Assembly (NCBI GenBank): GCA_947453695.1
Contig: CANGHW010000005.1
Coordinates: forward strand, 43,091 to 107,090
Direction of reading: 5' to 3'
DNA from: Opitutia bacterium
GTDB lineage: Bacteria > Verrucomicrobiota > Verrucomicrobiia > Opitutales > Opitutaceae
DNA: 64,000 bases
The translations under genes and the position numbers were made by a program. The notes under the pieces were generated by a model. The model was given only the letters and a program-made list of their open reading frames with translations. It searched no databases and was not told the DNA's origin. Positions 28,990 to 38,933 of the stretch are shown piece by piece; the stretch's first letter is position 1; each line of letters opens with the position of its first letter.

Positions 28990-29451
28990 ATGCCACATGT
29001 CCCCGGGTTGCGGAGTTGTTACGCGAAGGTGGGTCGGCTCGTTTATTTCGGGCGGATGCTCGATAAGATTCGGCTCCATGCGGCGGGGCAGTTGCCGCCG
29101 GAGTATCAGAAGAATCTCGGAGACTCACAGGGACCGGTGCTCGACGGGCGGTGCTGTCGCTTCCTCGGCGTGCGTTACGCCGATCTTCGTGAGCGGGTGC
29201 TGGCAGGTGAGTCGGACGAGGCGGTGCTCGCGTGGGCCCACGCGCACGGCACGCCGCGGAGTGATGAGGACTGCCACGTGTGGAATCGATTTCTGCTGAA
29301 GCTCGGCTGGCGCGACGAGCGTTCGGGGGTGTTGCCCCAGCGCATCCTCGACGCGGGGCTGACGGGCAAGCCGATCGACACGATCATCGATCACATCGAA
29401 TACGACGAAGGCCGCGACCCGGTGGGCACCAAGGCGTGGGAGGCGGTGTGA
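28990..29451 (+). CDS. DUF5069 family protein
   Basis: LRSCYAKVGRLVYFGRMLDKIRL..LPPEY..LDGRCCRFLGV..SDEAVLAW..IEYDEGR. Confidence 0.85.
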   Translation: MPHVPGLRSCYAKVGRLVYFGRMLDKIRLHAAGQLPPEYQKNLGDSQGPVLDGRCCRFLGVRYADLRERVLAGESDEAVLAWAHAHGTPRSDEDCHVWNRFLLKLGWRDERSGVLPQRILDAGLTGKPIDTIIDHIEYDEGRDPVGTKAWEAV

Positions 29452-29575
29452 GGGGCGGACGGGTTGACCTGGTTCCGCTGTGTGGTGGGGAAATGCCGTA
29501 GAGTGCACGGATGCCGCGGCGACGCGTGACGGGTTCGGCGTGGACAGACGGACGGTAGCGGTGTCGCGTAAGGGG

Positions 29576-30082
29576 ATGACGACTTCGCTGGAAAACTCCG
29601 CTCTTCGCACCGTGCTGGCTGACTTGAGTCGGCCGGACCATCAGGCGGCGGTGCTGGCGATGGTCGATGCCTACTCGCAGGATCCGATGGGTGATGGTGC
29701 ACCGCTTTCCGCCGAGGCGCGCGCCCGGCTTATACCGGGACTGCGGCAACATCCGACCACCCTGGTAATGCTGGCGTTTGCAGGCGAGGTGCCGGTGGGC
29801 GTGGCGGTGTGTTTTCTGGGGTTCTCCACGTTTGCGGCCAAGCCGCTCGTGAATATGCACGATGTGGCCGTCGTGCCCTCGCACCGGGGCCGGGGTGTCG
29901 GACGGGCGCTGCTGGCGGCCGTGGAGGCCAAGGCGCGCGAGCTCGGTTGCTGCAAGCTTACGCTGGAGGTCCTGGATAAAAACGAGCGGGCGTTACGGAC
30001 CTATACGGCGGCCGGCTTCAAGCGCTACGCCCTCCAACCGGGCGCGGGCGAGGCGATCTTTTTGACGAAGTCGCTGGGGTGA
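29576..30082 (+). CDS. GNAT family N-acetyltransferase
   Basis: GFSTFAAKPLVNMHDVAV..HRGRGVG..GCCKLTLEV..N..A..Y..GF. Confidence 0.92.
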   Translation: MTTSLENSALRTVLADLSRPDHQAAVLAMVDAYSQDPMGDGAPLSAEARARLIPGLRQHPTTLVMLAFAGEVPVGVAVCFLGFSTFAAKPLVNMHDVAVVPSHRGRGVGRALLAAVEAKARELGCCKLTLEVLDKNERALRTYTAAGFKRYALQPGAGEAIFLTKSLG

Positions 30083-30140
30083 GAGCGGGGAGGGACCTTG
30101 CCAGCGGGGCAGGCGTGAGTTCCACTCGGCCTGCTTTCCC

Positions 30141-30893
30141 ATGAACCCTTCCCCTGATTCTCCGGCGGCGCGCAATCGCGCTATTTTCCGAGCCCAGACT
30201 TTGATGACACCGGCGCTCGTGCCGTCGATCTCGACCGAGCTGTTGACGACGGCGGACGGCGAACTGAATCGCGAGCTGCATCATTTTCTTTTCGATCGGC
30301 CGTCGAATCCTGCGCTGCTCCGGGGCAAGACGATCGCGATCTGCTGCACGAATGGCGTCGAGGAAGTGGAGATCACGGGCTCGATCCGCTGGCTCACGGA
30401 GCACGGCGCGACGGTGCACGTGGTGTCGCCGCGGGTGGGGGAATTTCATCCGACGCTCGGGCTGCGTTTCCCGGCGCAGTGTGCGACGCACGTGCTGGCG
30501 ATCCGGCTCATGGAGAATGCGGGGTGGATCAAGATCGACCGCTATCTCGACGAGGCGAAAGTGGCCGACTACGAAGCGTGCATATTTCCGGGCGGCTGCT
30601 GGAATCCGGATGCATTGCGCGCTGATCCGCGGGCCCAGGCGTTCGTCCGCGGCATGTGGGAGGCGGGCAAACCGACCTGTGCGATTTGTCACGGCCAGTG
30701 GGTGATGGTGAGTGCGGGGATCTTGAAGGGTAAGCGGGCGACGGCGGTGTGGAATATCCATCCGGACCTCGCCAATGCGGGGGCGACGGTGCTCGACGAG
30801 CCCTGTGTGGTGGATGGCAACCTGATCACTGCGCGGTTTCCCTACGATCTGCCACGGATGATTCACGCGATGGTGAAACAACTCGGCGGATAG
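30141..30893 (+). CDS. DJ-1/PfpI family protein (type 1 glutamine amidotransferase-like)
   Basis: NGVEEVE, FPGG..NPDALR, AICHG nucleophile elbow, VVDGNLITAR. Confidence 0.9.
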   Translation: MNPSPDSPAARNRAIFRAQTLMTPALVPSISTELLTTADGELNRELHHFLFDRPSNPALLRGKTIAICCTNGVEEVEITGSIRWLTEHGATVHVVSPRVGEFHPTLGLRFPAQCATHVLAIRLMENAGWIKIDRYLDEAKVADYEACIFPGGCWNPDALRADPRAQAFVRGMWEAGKPTCAICHGQWVMVSAGILKGKRATAVWNIHPDLANAGATVLDEPCVVDGNLITARFPYDLPRMIHAMVKQLGG

Positions 30894-30993
30894 CGCGGAG
30901 CGCCGAGCGGGCGTCGCAGGTCGCGTCCACCGCGAGAGCCGCGGCGCGCGGCGGCCCGGGGAGGGGCGGGCGCGGGGCGGGAGCGACGGACGG

Positions 30994-31764
30994 CTAGAAC
31001 TTCAGGTGCTTGACCGTGAGGCCCTTGTTCAGGAGCTGTTTCAACGAGGCAATGCCAATCTTGAGGTGATCGTTGACGTAGGCCTCGTCGACCTGCTTGT
31101 CGCTGTCGGCGGTTTTGACGCCGTCGGGCGTCATCGGTTGATCGGAGACGAGGAGGAGCGCGCCGGTAGCGATTTCGTTGTAGAAACCGGTGATGAAAAT
31201 CGTGGCCGTCTCCATATCAATGGCGAGGGCGCGGATCTTCTTGAGGTATTTCTTGAAGGCTTCGTCGTGCTCCCAGACGCGGCGGTTGGTCGTGTAACAT
31301 GTGCCGGTCCAGTAATCGCGGGCGAAATCGCGGATGGTGGTGGAGATGGCCTTTTGGAGGGCGAAGGCCGGGAGCGAAGGGACCTCGGGCGGGAAGTAGT
31401 CGTTGCTCGTGCCCTCGCCGCGGATGGCGGCGATGGGGAGGATGAGGTCACCGAGCTCGGCGCGGTGCTTGAGGCCGCCGCATTTGCCGAGGAATAGGAC
31501 GGCCTTGGGTTTGATGGCGCTGAGCAGGTCCATCACGGTCGCGGCGGTGGCGCTGCCCATGCCGAAGTTGATGATGGTGATGTCGCCGGAGGTGGCGCTC
31601 GGCATCGGCTTGTCTTTGCCGCGGACGGGGACGCGGTGCCACTGGGCGAAGAGGTGGACGTAGCGGTCGAAGTTGGTGAGGAGAATATACTCGCCGAACT
31701 CTTCGAGCGGGACGCCGGTGTAGCGGGGCAGCCAGTTTTCGACGATCTCTTTGCGGGTCTTCAT
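30994..31764 (-). CDS. amn: AMP nucleosidase (short Bacteroidetes-type)
   Basis: MKTRKEIVENWLPRYTG, ILLTNF, INFGMGSATAA, LFLGKCGGL, AIRGEGTS, YTTNRRVWE, IDMETAT, LLLVSDQP. Confidence 0.9.
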   Translation of the reverse strand: MKTRKEIVENWLPRYTGVPLEEFGEYILLTNFDRYVHLFAQWHRVPVRGKDKPMPSATSGDITIINFGMGSATAATVMDLLSAIKPKAVLFLGKCGGLKHRAELGDLILPIAAIRGEGTSNDYFPPEVPSLPAFALQKAISTTIRDFARDYWTGTCYTTNRRVWEHDEAFKKYLKKIRALAIDMETATIFITGFYNEIATGALLLVSDQPMTPDGVKTADSDKQVDEAYVNDHLKIGIASLKQLLNKGLTVKHLKF

Positions 31765-31775
31765 GGGTAGGAAGA

Positions 31776-31803
31776 AACCACGAAACGCACCAATTACACG
31801 AAA
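31776..31803 (+). repeat. Short-period intergenic motif
   Basis: AAC-CACGAAACG-CACCAATTA-CACGAAA, 9-nt period. Confidence 0.5.
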
Positions 31804-32020
31804 AAGTTATGACAAAGCGGGAGGGACGAGCGGCTGGGGCGTGCGGGAAGTAAGCGGCAGGAGAGCGCTGCCGCGGGATGCGGAAAAATTTTCCCCCTCG
31901 GTGTTCATCAGTAAGAAGCGAAGAGCTGCGAACGAATTTTTGAAATTTTAATCCCCTGCAGAAAATGGACTAACGTAACTGCATCCACCCGTGGCCTGCG
32001 CATTGCTAAATTGCTCACGC

Positions 32021-32488
32021 ATGCCTGTCGCACCCTGCACTTCCGTCTTGCCCGACCGCACCACCGAGCTGTGGAGCACGATCGAACGGTCGGTCGCCGA
32101 AGCCTGTTTGCTGCGGGCAGAAGGGCGGGCCCCGGAGGCGATCACCATCGTGCAACAAACGTTGCCCGCGCTGATCGCGGAGTGGTCGCGGCGCTCTGGA
32201 ATGTCGTCCGAGCACTGTCAGCGGACGCTACGGGAATTATTTGCCCGGGTGCAGCAACAGGTGAGCACGGCGACGATCTGCAAGCGACTCGTGTTGCAGT
32301 CCATCGCGTCAGGTGACGCGGCCCAGGAGACCACACCCGAGCGTTTTCAAATCCAGCGCCGGGTGCCGCTGCACGATATCCCGGCGATGCTCGACGCCCT
32401 CGATGAAGGCGAGCGCACCGCGCAGTTTCGCCGGCAAAATTTTCCGTCCCGCGCCGTCCGGTTCTCTCCGGCGATGGCGTTGGGCTGA
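32021..32488 (+). CDS. Hypothetical helical protein, putative partner of the downstream MamK-like actin
   Basis: 155-aa ORF ending 56 nt upstream of the actin gene on the same strand; no recognised family; alternative GTG start at 31991. Confidence 0.65.
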   Translation: MPVAPCTSVLPDRTTELWSTIERSVAEACLLRAEGRAPEAITIVQQTLPALIAEWSRRSGMSSEHCQRTLRELFARVQQQVSTATICKRLVLQSIASGDAAQETTPERFQIQRRVPLHDIPAMLDALDEGERTAQFRRQNFPSRAVRFSPAMALG

Positions 32489-32544
32489 AGCCACAAAGTC
32501 AGAATCCACCGTCCTCGTAGAATCCACCCATCCACATCCCAGAC

Positions 32545-33678
32545 ATGAAAGCCAACTCCTCCAAGCATGCCGCCGGCAACACTGCCGTGCTCGAAAACGC
32601 CCAGCCACAAACCACCGACACGTTGCTCGTCGGACTCGATTGGGGCACCAATATTTCCAGCGTGTTGGCGTCGCTCCGCGGCACCAACGAAACGCTCACC
32701 AAGGAGCTGATTCCCACCGTGGTTGGCTATGCCAATGACGATGTGTTGCCGGGTGTGCTGCCGGGCGACGCCAAGATCCTCGTCGGTCGCATGGCGCTGA
32801 AGCACAAGAGCAACCTCAAGCTCGTGCGTCCCCTCCAGGGTGGCGTGATCCACGACACCGAGGCGGCCAAGACCTTTGCGCTCAATCTCCGCGATCTTCT
32901 GCCCACGGGTAGCCGCGAGGTGCGGGCCGTGATCGGCATGCCGGCGAGCTCTGATCTCGTGGCTCGGGAAAACGCCCGCAATGCCGTCCGCGGCGTGTTT
33001 CACAAGGTGCTGTTTGTGCCGGAGCCCTTCCTCGCCGCCTTGGGAGTGCGTAACGAGACCCAGCTCAACGATCCGGATTATCAAGACCCGGTGCTCAACT
33101 CCATCTACATTGATATCGGCGCCGGCTCGACCGACGTATGTCTGGTGCAGGGGCACTACCCGACGGTCGACGATCAGCTCAGCGTGCCGTTTGCGGGCGA
33201 TGCGATCGATCAAATCATCCTCGATCGTATCCTGGCGGAGTATCCGGAGTCCGGCCTGACCTTGGCTCGGGTGCGGGAAATCAAGGAGCGCCACTCATGG
33301 GTGCTCGCCGAAGACGGCACCACCCGGGCGATCGCCACGATCATGGTCGGCGGCAAGCCGCGGAAACTGGACGTGACGGCGCAAGTCGGTGCCGGCTGCG
33401 AGGCGCTGCTCCAGAAGACCTTTGAGATGACCCGGGAACTCGTGGGCCGGGCTAATCCGGACACGGTCGCGGAGCTCCTCCGCAATGTGATCGTCACGGG
33501 CGGCGGTAGCCTGATCAAGGGTTTCGGTGTGGCGCTCCAGGCCAAGCTCATCGAAGAGGGCTTCGAGAGCCCGCAGGTCCGCGTGTTGGGTGACAACTAC
33601 AAGGACTACGTGGCAGCCGGCGCACTGAAAGTCGCGCGCATGGCCCGCGAAAACCAATGGCAGACTTTGCTCGGCTGA
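32545..33678 (+). CDS. MamK-like bacterial actin (MreB/Mbl superfamily)
   Basis: Phosphate-1 GLDWGT, TVVGY, PLQGGVI, AVIGMPA, connect-1 VPEPF, phosphate-2 DIGAGSTD, AGDAID, adenosine VTGGGSLIKG, connect-2 GALKVA..WQ. Confidence 0.85.
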   Translation: MKANSSKHAAGNTAVLENAQPQTTDTLLVGLDWGTNISSVLASLRGTNETLTKELIPTVVGYANDDVLPGVLPGDAKILVGRMALKHKSNLKLVRPLQGGVIHDTEAAKTFALNLRDLLPTGSREVRAVIGMPASSDLVARENARNAVRGVFHKVLFVPEPFLAALGVRNETQLNDPDYQDPVLNSIYIDIGAGSTDVCLVQGHYPTVDDQLSVPFAGDAIDQIILDRILAEYPESGLTLARVREIKERHSWVLAEDGTTRAIATIMVGGKPRKLDVTAQVGAGCEALLQKTFEMTRELVGRANPDTVAELLRNVIVTGGGSLIKGFGVALQAKLIEEGFESPQVRVLGDNYKDYVAAGALKVARMARENQWQTLLG

Positions 33679-33704
33679 GAGAGTCCGGGCAGGAAAGTGG
33701 ATTG

Positions 33705-33748
33705 AAGCCCGCGGCCGAACTCCCAGCGAGTTTGGCGGCGGGCTTTTT
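33705..33748 (+). terminator. Rho-independent terminator after the MamK-like gene
   Basis: AAGCCCGC-G-GCCGAACTC-CCAGC-GAGTTTGGC-G-GCGGGCTT stem running into a T5 tract. Confidence 0.75.
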
Positions 33749-34163
33749 CGTGGCCGGAAGTGGCGACGGAGGACGTCAGGCGAAGCTGGTCGCGGGCGGG
33801 AAAGCGGGTGCGGCGTTGGGCCGCCTCAATCACGCTCATTCGGACGAGGCATAAGGCACAGCGGAGATCCGGAGCCCGGACCCAAAGGACATGGGGCAGG
33901 ACAGGATGACGGAGCGCAACGAGGTGAGGACCTTTGTGAAATGAGGCCGGGGTCTGCGCGTTTCGCGACCGCCGGAATTTTGGCGAACGCTGCGGGTAGA
34001 TAACATCAGCGTTGGGCCGGTCGCCGAGTGAGCGGGCACCGCTGGAAGGCTGAACTCCGAATATTCTCCCCGGGGTGTGAGCGATGGAAGATTCAGTCGG
34101 ATGCGTTCGCGGCTCATCTCCAAGCTCGCACGCGGTAGGGTGGTCGCGTGAGAATTTTCCGAC

Positions 34164-35102
34164 ATGAGTGCAAAACAGCGGTCAATGATAGGCGGCGTGG
34201 CGTGGGCCGCATGGGTGGCGTGGCAGGTGCCGCACCTTCAGCATGCCGTGTGGGCCCTCGCGCTGCTCCTGCTCGCGGCGCTCGTGCTGGTGCCGCTGGC
34301 GCTGGAGCTCACTAATGACGAGGATGACCGCGGCGGGATCGCGGTGCTGGTGGCGTTGACGCGGTTGGGGCAATTGCCCGCGGCCGCGCTGCTCGTCTGG
34401 GCCTGCGGGAAAGTGCCGGGAACGACGGCGGCGTTGCTCTCCCTGCCGTGGGTGGCGATGTGTGGGCTGGTGGCGACGATGGGCTGGCGGCGGGCGCGCA
34501 CCGGTGGGTGGCGGCGGCCGTTTCACCGGCTGTGCGGGGATGCGGGGCAAATTTTTCTCGGGATCGGGGGCGCGTGGATGTTTGCCGATCGGGCGGGGGC
34601 GAGGCCGCTGAACTTCGAGCCGGCGATCGTGACGCTCACGGCGGTGCACTTTCATTTCGCGGGTCTGTTGCTGCCGCTGCTCGCGGGGCGGATCGTGCGG
34701 GCGCTGCCGGAGTCGCGAATGGCGACGCGGGCGGCGGTGGGCGCACTGTTGGGTGTGCCGGCGGTGGCACTGGGCATCACCGCGACGCAACTCGGCTGGG
34801 GCATGGCGCTGGAGCGCGCGGCCGGGTGTGGCCTGGCGCTGGCCGGAATGGCGGTGGGCCTGCTGCATGTGCGGCTGGCGACGGAGCTACGCACGGCGTC
34901 GATGGTGACACGGGCGCTGCTGCTCGGCGCCGGGGTGGCGCTATTTCTCGGGATGGCTCTCGCGGTCGCCTATGCGCTGCGCGGGAGTGTAGCGGCGCTG
35001 GCGTGGCTGGACTGGCCCACGATGCGGGCCGTGCACGGCTCACTCAACGCGCTGGGATTTGGGCTGTGCGGTGTTTGGGCCTGGGGGCGGATGAAGGCAT
35101 GA
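34164..35102 (+). CDS. YndJ-like multi-pass membrane protein
   Basis: Many TM helices; IVTLTAVHFHFAG, MRAVHGSLNALGF. Confidence 0.8.
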   Translation: MSAKQRSMIGGVAWAAWVAWQVPHLQHAVWALALLLLAALVLVPLALELTNDEDDRGGIAVLVALTRLGQLPAAALLVWACGKVPGTTAALLSLPWVAMCGLVATMGWRRARTGGWRRPFHRLCGDAGQIFLGIGGAWMFADRAGARPLNFEPAIVTLTAVHFHFAGLLLPLLAGRIVRALPESRMATRAAVGALLGVPAVALGITATQLGWGMALERAAGCGLALAGMAVGLLHVRLATELRTASMVTRALLLGAGVALFLGMALAVAYALRGSVAALAWLDWPTMRAVHGSLNALGFGLCGVWAWGRMKA

Positions 35103-35806
35103 AGGACTCACTCCTCGAGTTTTCTCCGGGCTATGTCTCCGGATTGTTTGATCGGATGTCCGCCACTTACGGAAAGGTAAATTTGGTTTCCTCGTTTGGT
35201 TTTGCTCATTTTTGGCGGGCGACATGTCTCAAGTCCTTGGCTGTGGAGCCGAGGCATAAATGTGCCGATCTGATGTGCGGTATGGCGGAAATGACGACGT
35301 TACTGAAACAGGTGAACGGAGTCAGCGTGGATGCCTTCGATTTTAGCGCGGGAATGTGTGAGGGCGCAAAAAGGGCAGTCGCAAGGAATGGCTGGAACGA
35401 TGTTACAATCAGTCAGGGAGATGTGCTTTTGCTGCCTTCGGATGCGCGTTACGACCGCGTAGCAGTTACCTTTGGACTGAAGACCTTGGCGCCAGATCAA
35501 CTGAACCGGTTTGCTCAAATTCTCTTTGGAATCCTCGCAACAGAAGGGAAGGTCTCGCTGGTTGAGATTTATGTTCCGCGAGCGCGACTACTTCGTTTGC
35601 CCTACCTGTTTTACCTGCGTTGGATAATTCCGGCTGTTGGCCGGTTGTTCTTAGGTAATCCGGACTGCTATCGGTCTCTTGCCGTCTACACCGAGAATTT
35701 TGCCCGCACCGAAAACTTCGCGGCAATGCTTAAATCGGTAGGGTTTACTGTTTCTACCCGGCCGCTCTTCTATGGCTGCGCCAAACTCTATCTCGCCGAA
35801 AAGTGA
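35099..35806 (+). CDS. Class I SAM-dependent methyltransferase (UbiE/COQ5-like)
   Basis: ATGA overlap with the upstream stop; LFDRMSATYG..SSFGF..DLMCGMAE..DFSAGM..TFGLKT..YLRWIIPAVGRLFLGNPDCY. Confidence 0.85.
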   Translation: MKDSLLEFSPGYVSGLFDRMSATYGKVNLVSSFGFAHFWRATCLKSLAVEPRHKCADLMCGMAEMTTLLKQVNGVSVDAFDFSAGMCEGAKRAVARNGWNDVTISQGDVLLLPSDARYDRVAVTFGLKTLAPDQLNRFAQILFGILATEGKVSLVEIYVPRARLLRLPYLFYLRWIIPAVGRLFLGNPDCYRSLAVYTENFARTENFAAMLKSVGFTVSTRPLFYGCAKLYLAEK

Positions 35807-35821
35807 GCGTGAGACACCTTC

Positions 35822-36718
<897 letters not shown>

Positions 36719-36751
36719 CGATGAAGGAAAGGGAGGCGAAAGGTGTCGGAG

Positions 36752-36841
36752 TTAACCGCTAATGCACACTAATTTTCACTAATGCGGAGTCGGAAGAATG
36801 GGGAACGAGACGTGAGCAGAGTCAGTATTAGGGCCGATTAG
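36752..36841. repeat. Short-period intergenic motif with a partial inverted partner
   Basis: TTAAC-CGCTAATGCA-CACTAATTTT-CACTAAT (10-nt period), then ATTAG-GGCCG-ATTAG at 36827-36841. Confidence 0.5.
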
Positions 36842-37524
36842 GCGGTGTGAGTGGCTTCGCTAAGGTGCTGCGGGAGCAGCGTCCAGAATTCGCGGGCGAG
36901 GGTGGCGCGGACGGTAGCGAGGTCCGGGGAGGCGCCGAGCTCGGCGGCCATCGAGGTGACGGTGCCGTCGGTGGCGGCGATGCCGCAGGGCACGATGCCA
37001 TCGAAGTGGGCGAGGTTGGGGGAGACGTTGAGGGCGAAACCGTGATAAGCGACCCAGCGGCGGACGGCGACCCCGAGGGCGGCGATCTTGCGCGGGCCCA
37101 GCCAGATGCCGGTCTTGCCCTCGCGCCGGGTGGCGTCGGGCAGGCCGTGGGCGGCGAGGGTGTTGATCAGGACCTGTTCGAGGAAACGCAGGTAGGCGTG
37201 AAGGTCCTTGCGCGCGGCGAGGGAGACGATCGGGTAGCCGACGATCTGGCCGGGGCCGTGGTAAGTGATGTCGCCGCCGCGATTGGTTTTGACGACCTCG
37301 ACGCCCTCGCGGGCGAGGTGGGCGGCAGACCAGATGAGGTTGGCATCGGCGCCGGCGCGGAGTCCGATGGTAAAAACAGGCGGGTGCTCGGTAAAGACGA
37401 GGGTATCACCGATCTCGCCGGCGATACGCCGGGCCACGAGGTCATCCTGCGCGCGCCAGGCCTCGGCATAGGGCCGGCGGCCCCAGTCGAGCGTGGCGGG
37501 GAAAGGTGAGAGCGTGGCAGACAT
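36838..37524 (-). CDS. lipB: Lipoyl(octanoyl) transferase
   Basis: EHPPVFTIG, RGGDITYHGPGQIVGYP, TGIW..KIAALGV, HGFALNV, IVPCGI. Confidence 0.96.
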   Translation of the reverse strand: MSATLSPFPATLDWGRRPYAEAWRAQDDLVARRIAGEIGDTLVFTEHPPVFTIGLRAGADANLIWSAAHLAREGVEVVKTNRGGDITYHGPGQIVGYPIVSLAARKDLHAYLRFLEQVLINTLAAHGLPDATRREGKTGIWLGPRKIAALGVAVRRWVAYHGFALNVSPNLAHFDGIVPCGIAATDGTVTSMAAELGASPDLATVRATLAREFWTLLPQHLSEATHTA

Positions 37525-37588
37525 GCGCGGGAAGTTTGCGTGGAGACGGTCGCGGCGCAAGGGCCGGACTGCGGACGCGCTGCCGTGG

Positions 37589-38848
37589 TCAGACCAGCCA
37601 AAAGGCGGCGAGTCCCGCGACGGCGGTGGCACCGAGGACGAGCGTGGTTTGGCGACGCAGCACCGTGGACCCGAGGGAGACGGCGAAGGCACCCTTCAGG
37701 AGGGTGTTGGCGATGGCCGCGACGATGATAGCGTGGGCGGCGAGGGTGAGAGTCACATGACCGCTGGTGAGGTTGCCGGCCATGGAGAGTGAGATGGCGT
37801 CCATGTCGGTGAGTCCGGAAACGAAACTGAGGGGGAGCAGGCCGTGCTGCATGAGGTCAAATTGAGTGGCGGCTTTGACGAGCAAGCCGACCACGGCGTA
37901 GATCAGGGCGAACTTGATGGCGGTTTTAAGACTGAGCGGATTGGAGAGCGCCGGGGTCTCGACGACGCTGAGCCCGGGGCGGCGGGCAAACCACATCCAC
38001 GCGCCGTAGACGACGGCCGGAATCGCCATCAGGGCGAAGGGTTTGATCAGAGCCAGGCCGAGATCGGCGTTGATAATGCTGGTGGCGACGATGACGCGCG
38101 GGAGCATCACACTACAGGCCACGACGACCGCCATCGCGTAGTGCTCGGATAGGGCAGGGTCATCCTTGCTCCGGCGGCTGAACGCCAGGGTGGTGGCAGT
38201 GCTGGAGGCAAGTCCGCCAAACACGCTGGTGAGGAGAATACCGGCGCGGGCGCCGACGAGACGCATGGTGACGTAACCGGCGAAGCCGAGGCCGGAGATG
38301 AGGACGACGAGCATCCACGTGGCGTAGGGATTGAAGGCGCCAAACGGGCCGAACGCGCGGTTGGGCACCAGGGGCAAAATTACGCCGGTGATCGCGACGA
38401 ACTGGAGCGTGGCGCGGATATCCTCGGGTTTGAACGCGCGCGTCCAAGCGTGGAGCGTCTGCTTCAGGCCGAGCATCACCACCGTAGTCGCCGCGATCAG
38501 GACGGCGGCCTGACGTTCGTCCCAGTAGACGAGGGCACCAATAAGGACAGTGAGTAACGTGGAGGCGAAGGTGGTGCCGCCGGGGAGGGGGGCGGTGGCG
38601 TTGCGCGCCATGGCGACGACCTGATGGAGGCCGATGAGGGCGACGACGACGGCGAGCAGCATCGGAGCGTGTGCCTCACCGAGGAAGGCGGCGGTGCACC
38701 CGAGCATGGCCCAAAACGAATAGGTGCGGACGCCACCGAGATCGACCTCGCTGTTGGGCGAGTGAGTTTGGTCGCTCCACTGGCGGATGAGGCCGACCAA
38801 GGCGCCGAGGCAGGCGCTCACGACGAGGGAAGTGAGGGGAAGCGTCAC
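37589..38848 (-). CDS. MgtC/SapB family membrane protein with DUF4010
   Basis: LGALVGL, GGVRTY, ILPLVPNR, VVLISGLGFAGY, GGLASSTATT, SGLTDMDAI; GTG start inferred. Confidence 0.85.
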   Translation of the reverse strand: MTLPLTSLVVSACLGALVGLIRQWSDQTHSPNSEVDLGGVRTYSFWAMLGCTAAFLGEAHAPMLLAVVVALIGLHQVVAMARNATAPLPGGTTFASTLLTVLIGALVYWDERQAAVLIAATTVVMLGLKQTLHAWTRAFKPEDIRATLQFVAITGVILPLVPNRAFGPFGAFNPYATWMLVVLISGLGFAGYVTMRLVGARAGILLTSVFGGLASSTATTLAFSRRSKDDPALSEHYAMAVVVACSVMLPRVIVATSIINADLGLALIKPFALMAIPAVVYGAWMWFARRPGLSVVETPALSNPLSLKTAIKFALIYAVVGLLVKAATQFDLMQHGLLPLSFVSGLTDMDAISLSMAGNLTSGHVTLTLAAHAIIVAAIANTLLKGAFAVSLGSTVLRRQTTLVLGATAVAGLAAFWLV

Positions 38849-38933
38849 GGCAGGTGAACTGTGTGCCGGGGTGGCGGAGTCGCAAGTTTCCGTTTGCGCC
38901 GGGGGAGGGCAGGGCGCTAATTCCCACCCCTCC

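Noticed and set aside
32545..33678. Magnetosome island
   Set aside because: Only the MamK-like gene is present. No mamA/B/E/M/Q or iron-transport genes are nearby.
33836..34165. 109-aa minus-strand ORF between the MamK-like gene and the YndJ-like gene
   Set aside because: It has no motif, atypical codon use and abuts the start of the divergent gene. I cannot support it.
34448..35098. N-terminal extension of the methyltransferase ORF in the ORF track
   Set aside because: It overlaps the YndJ-like gene out of frame. The likely start is the coupled ATG at 35099.
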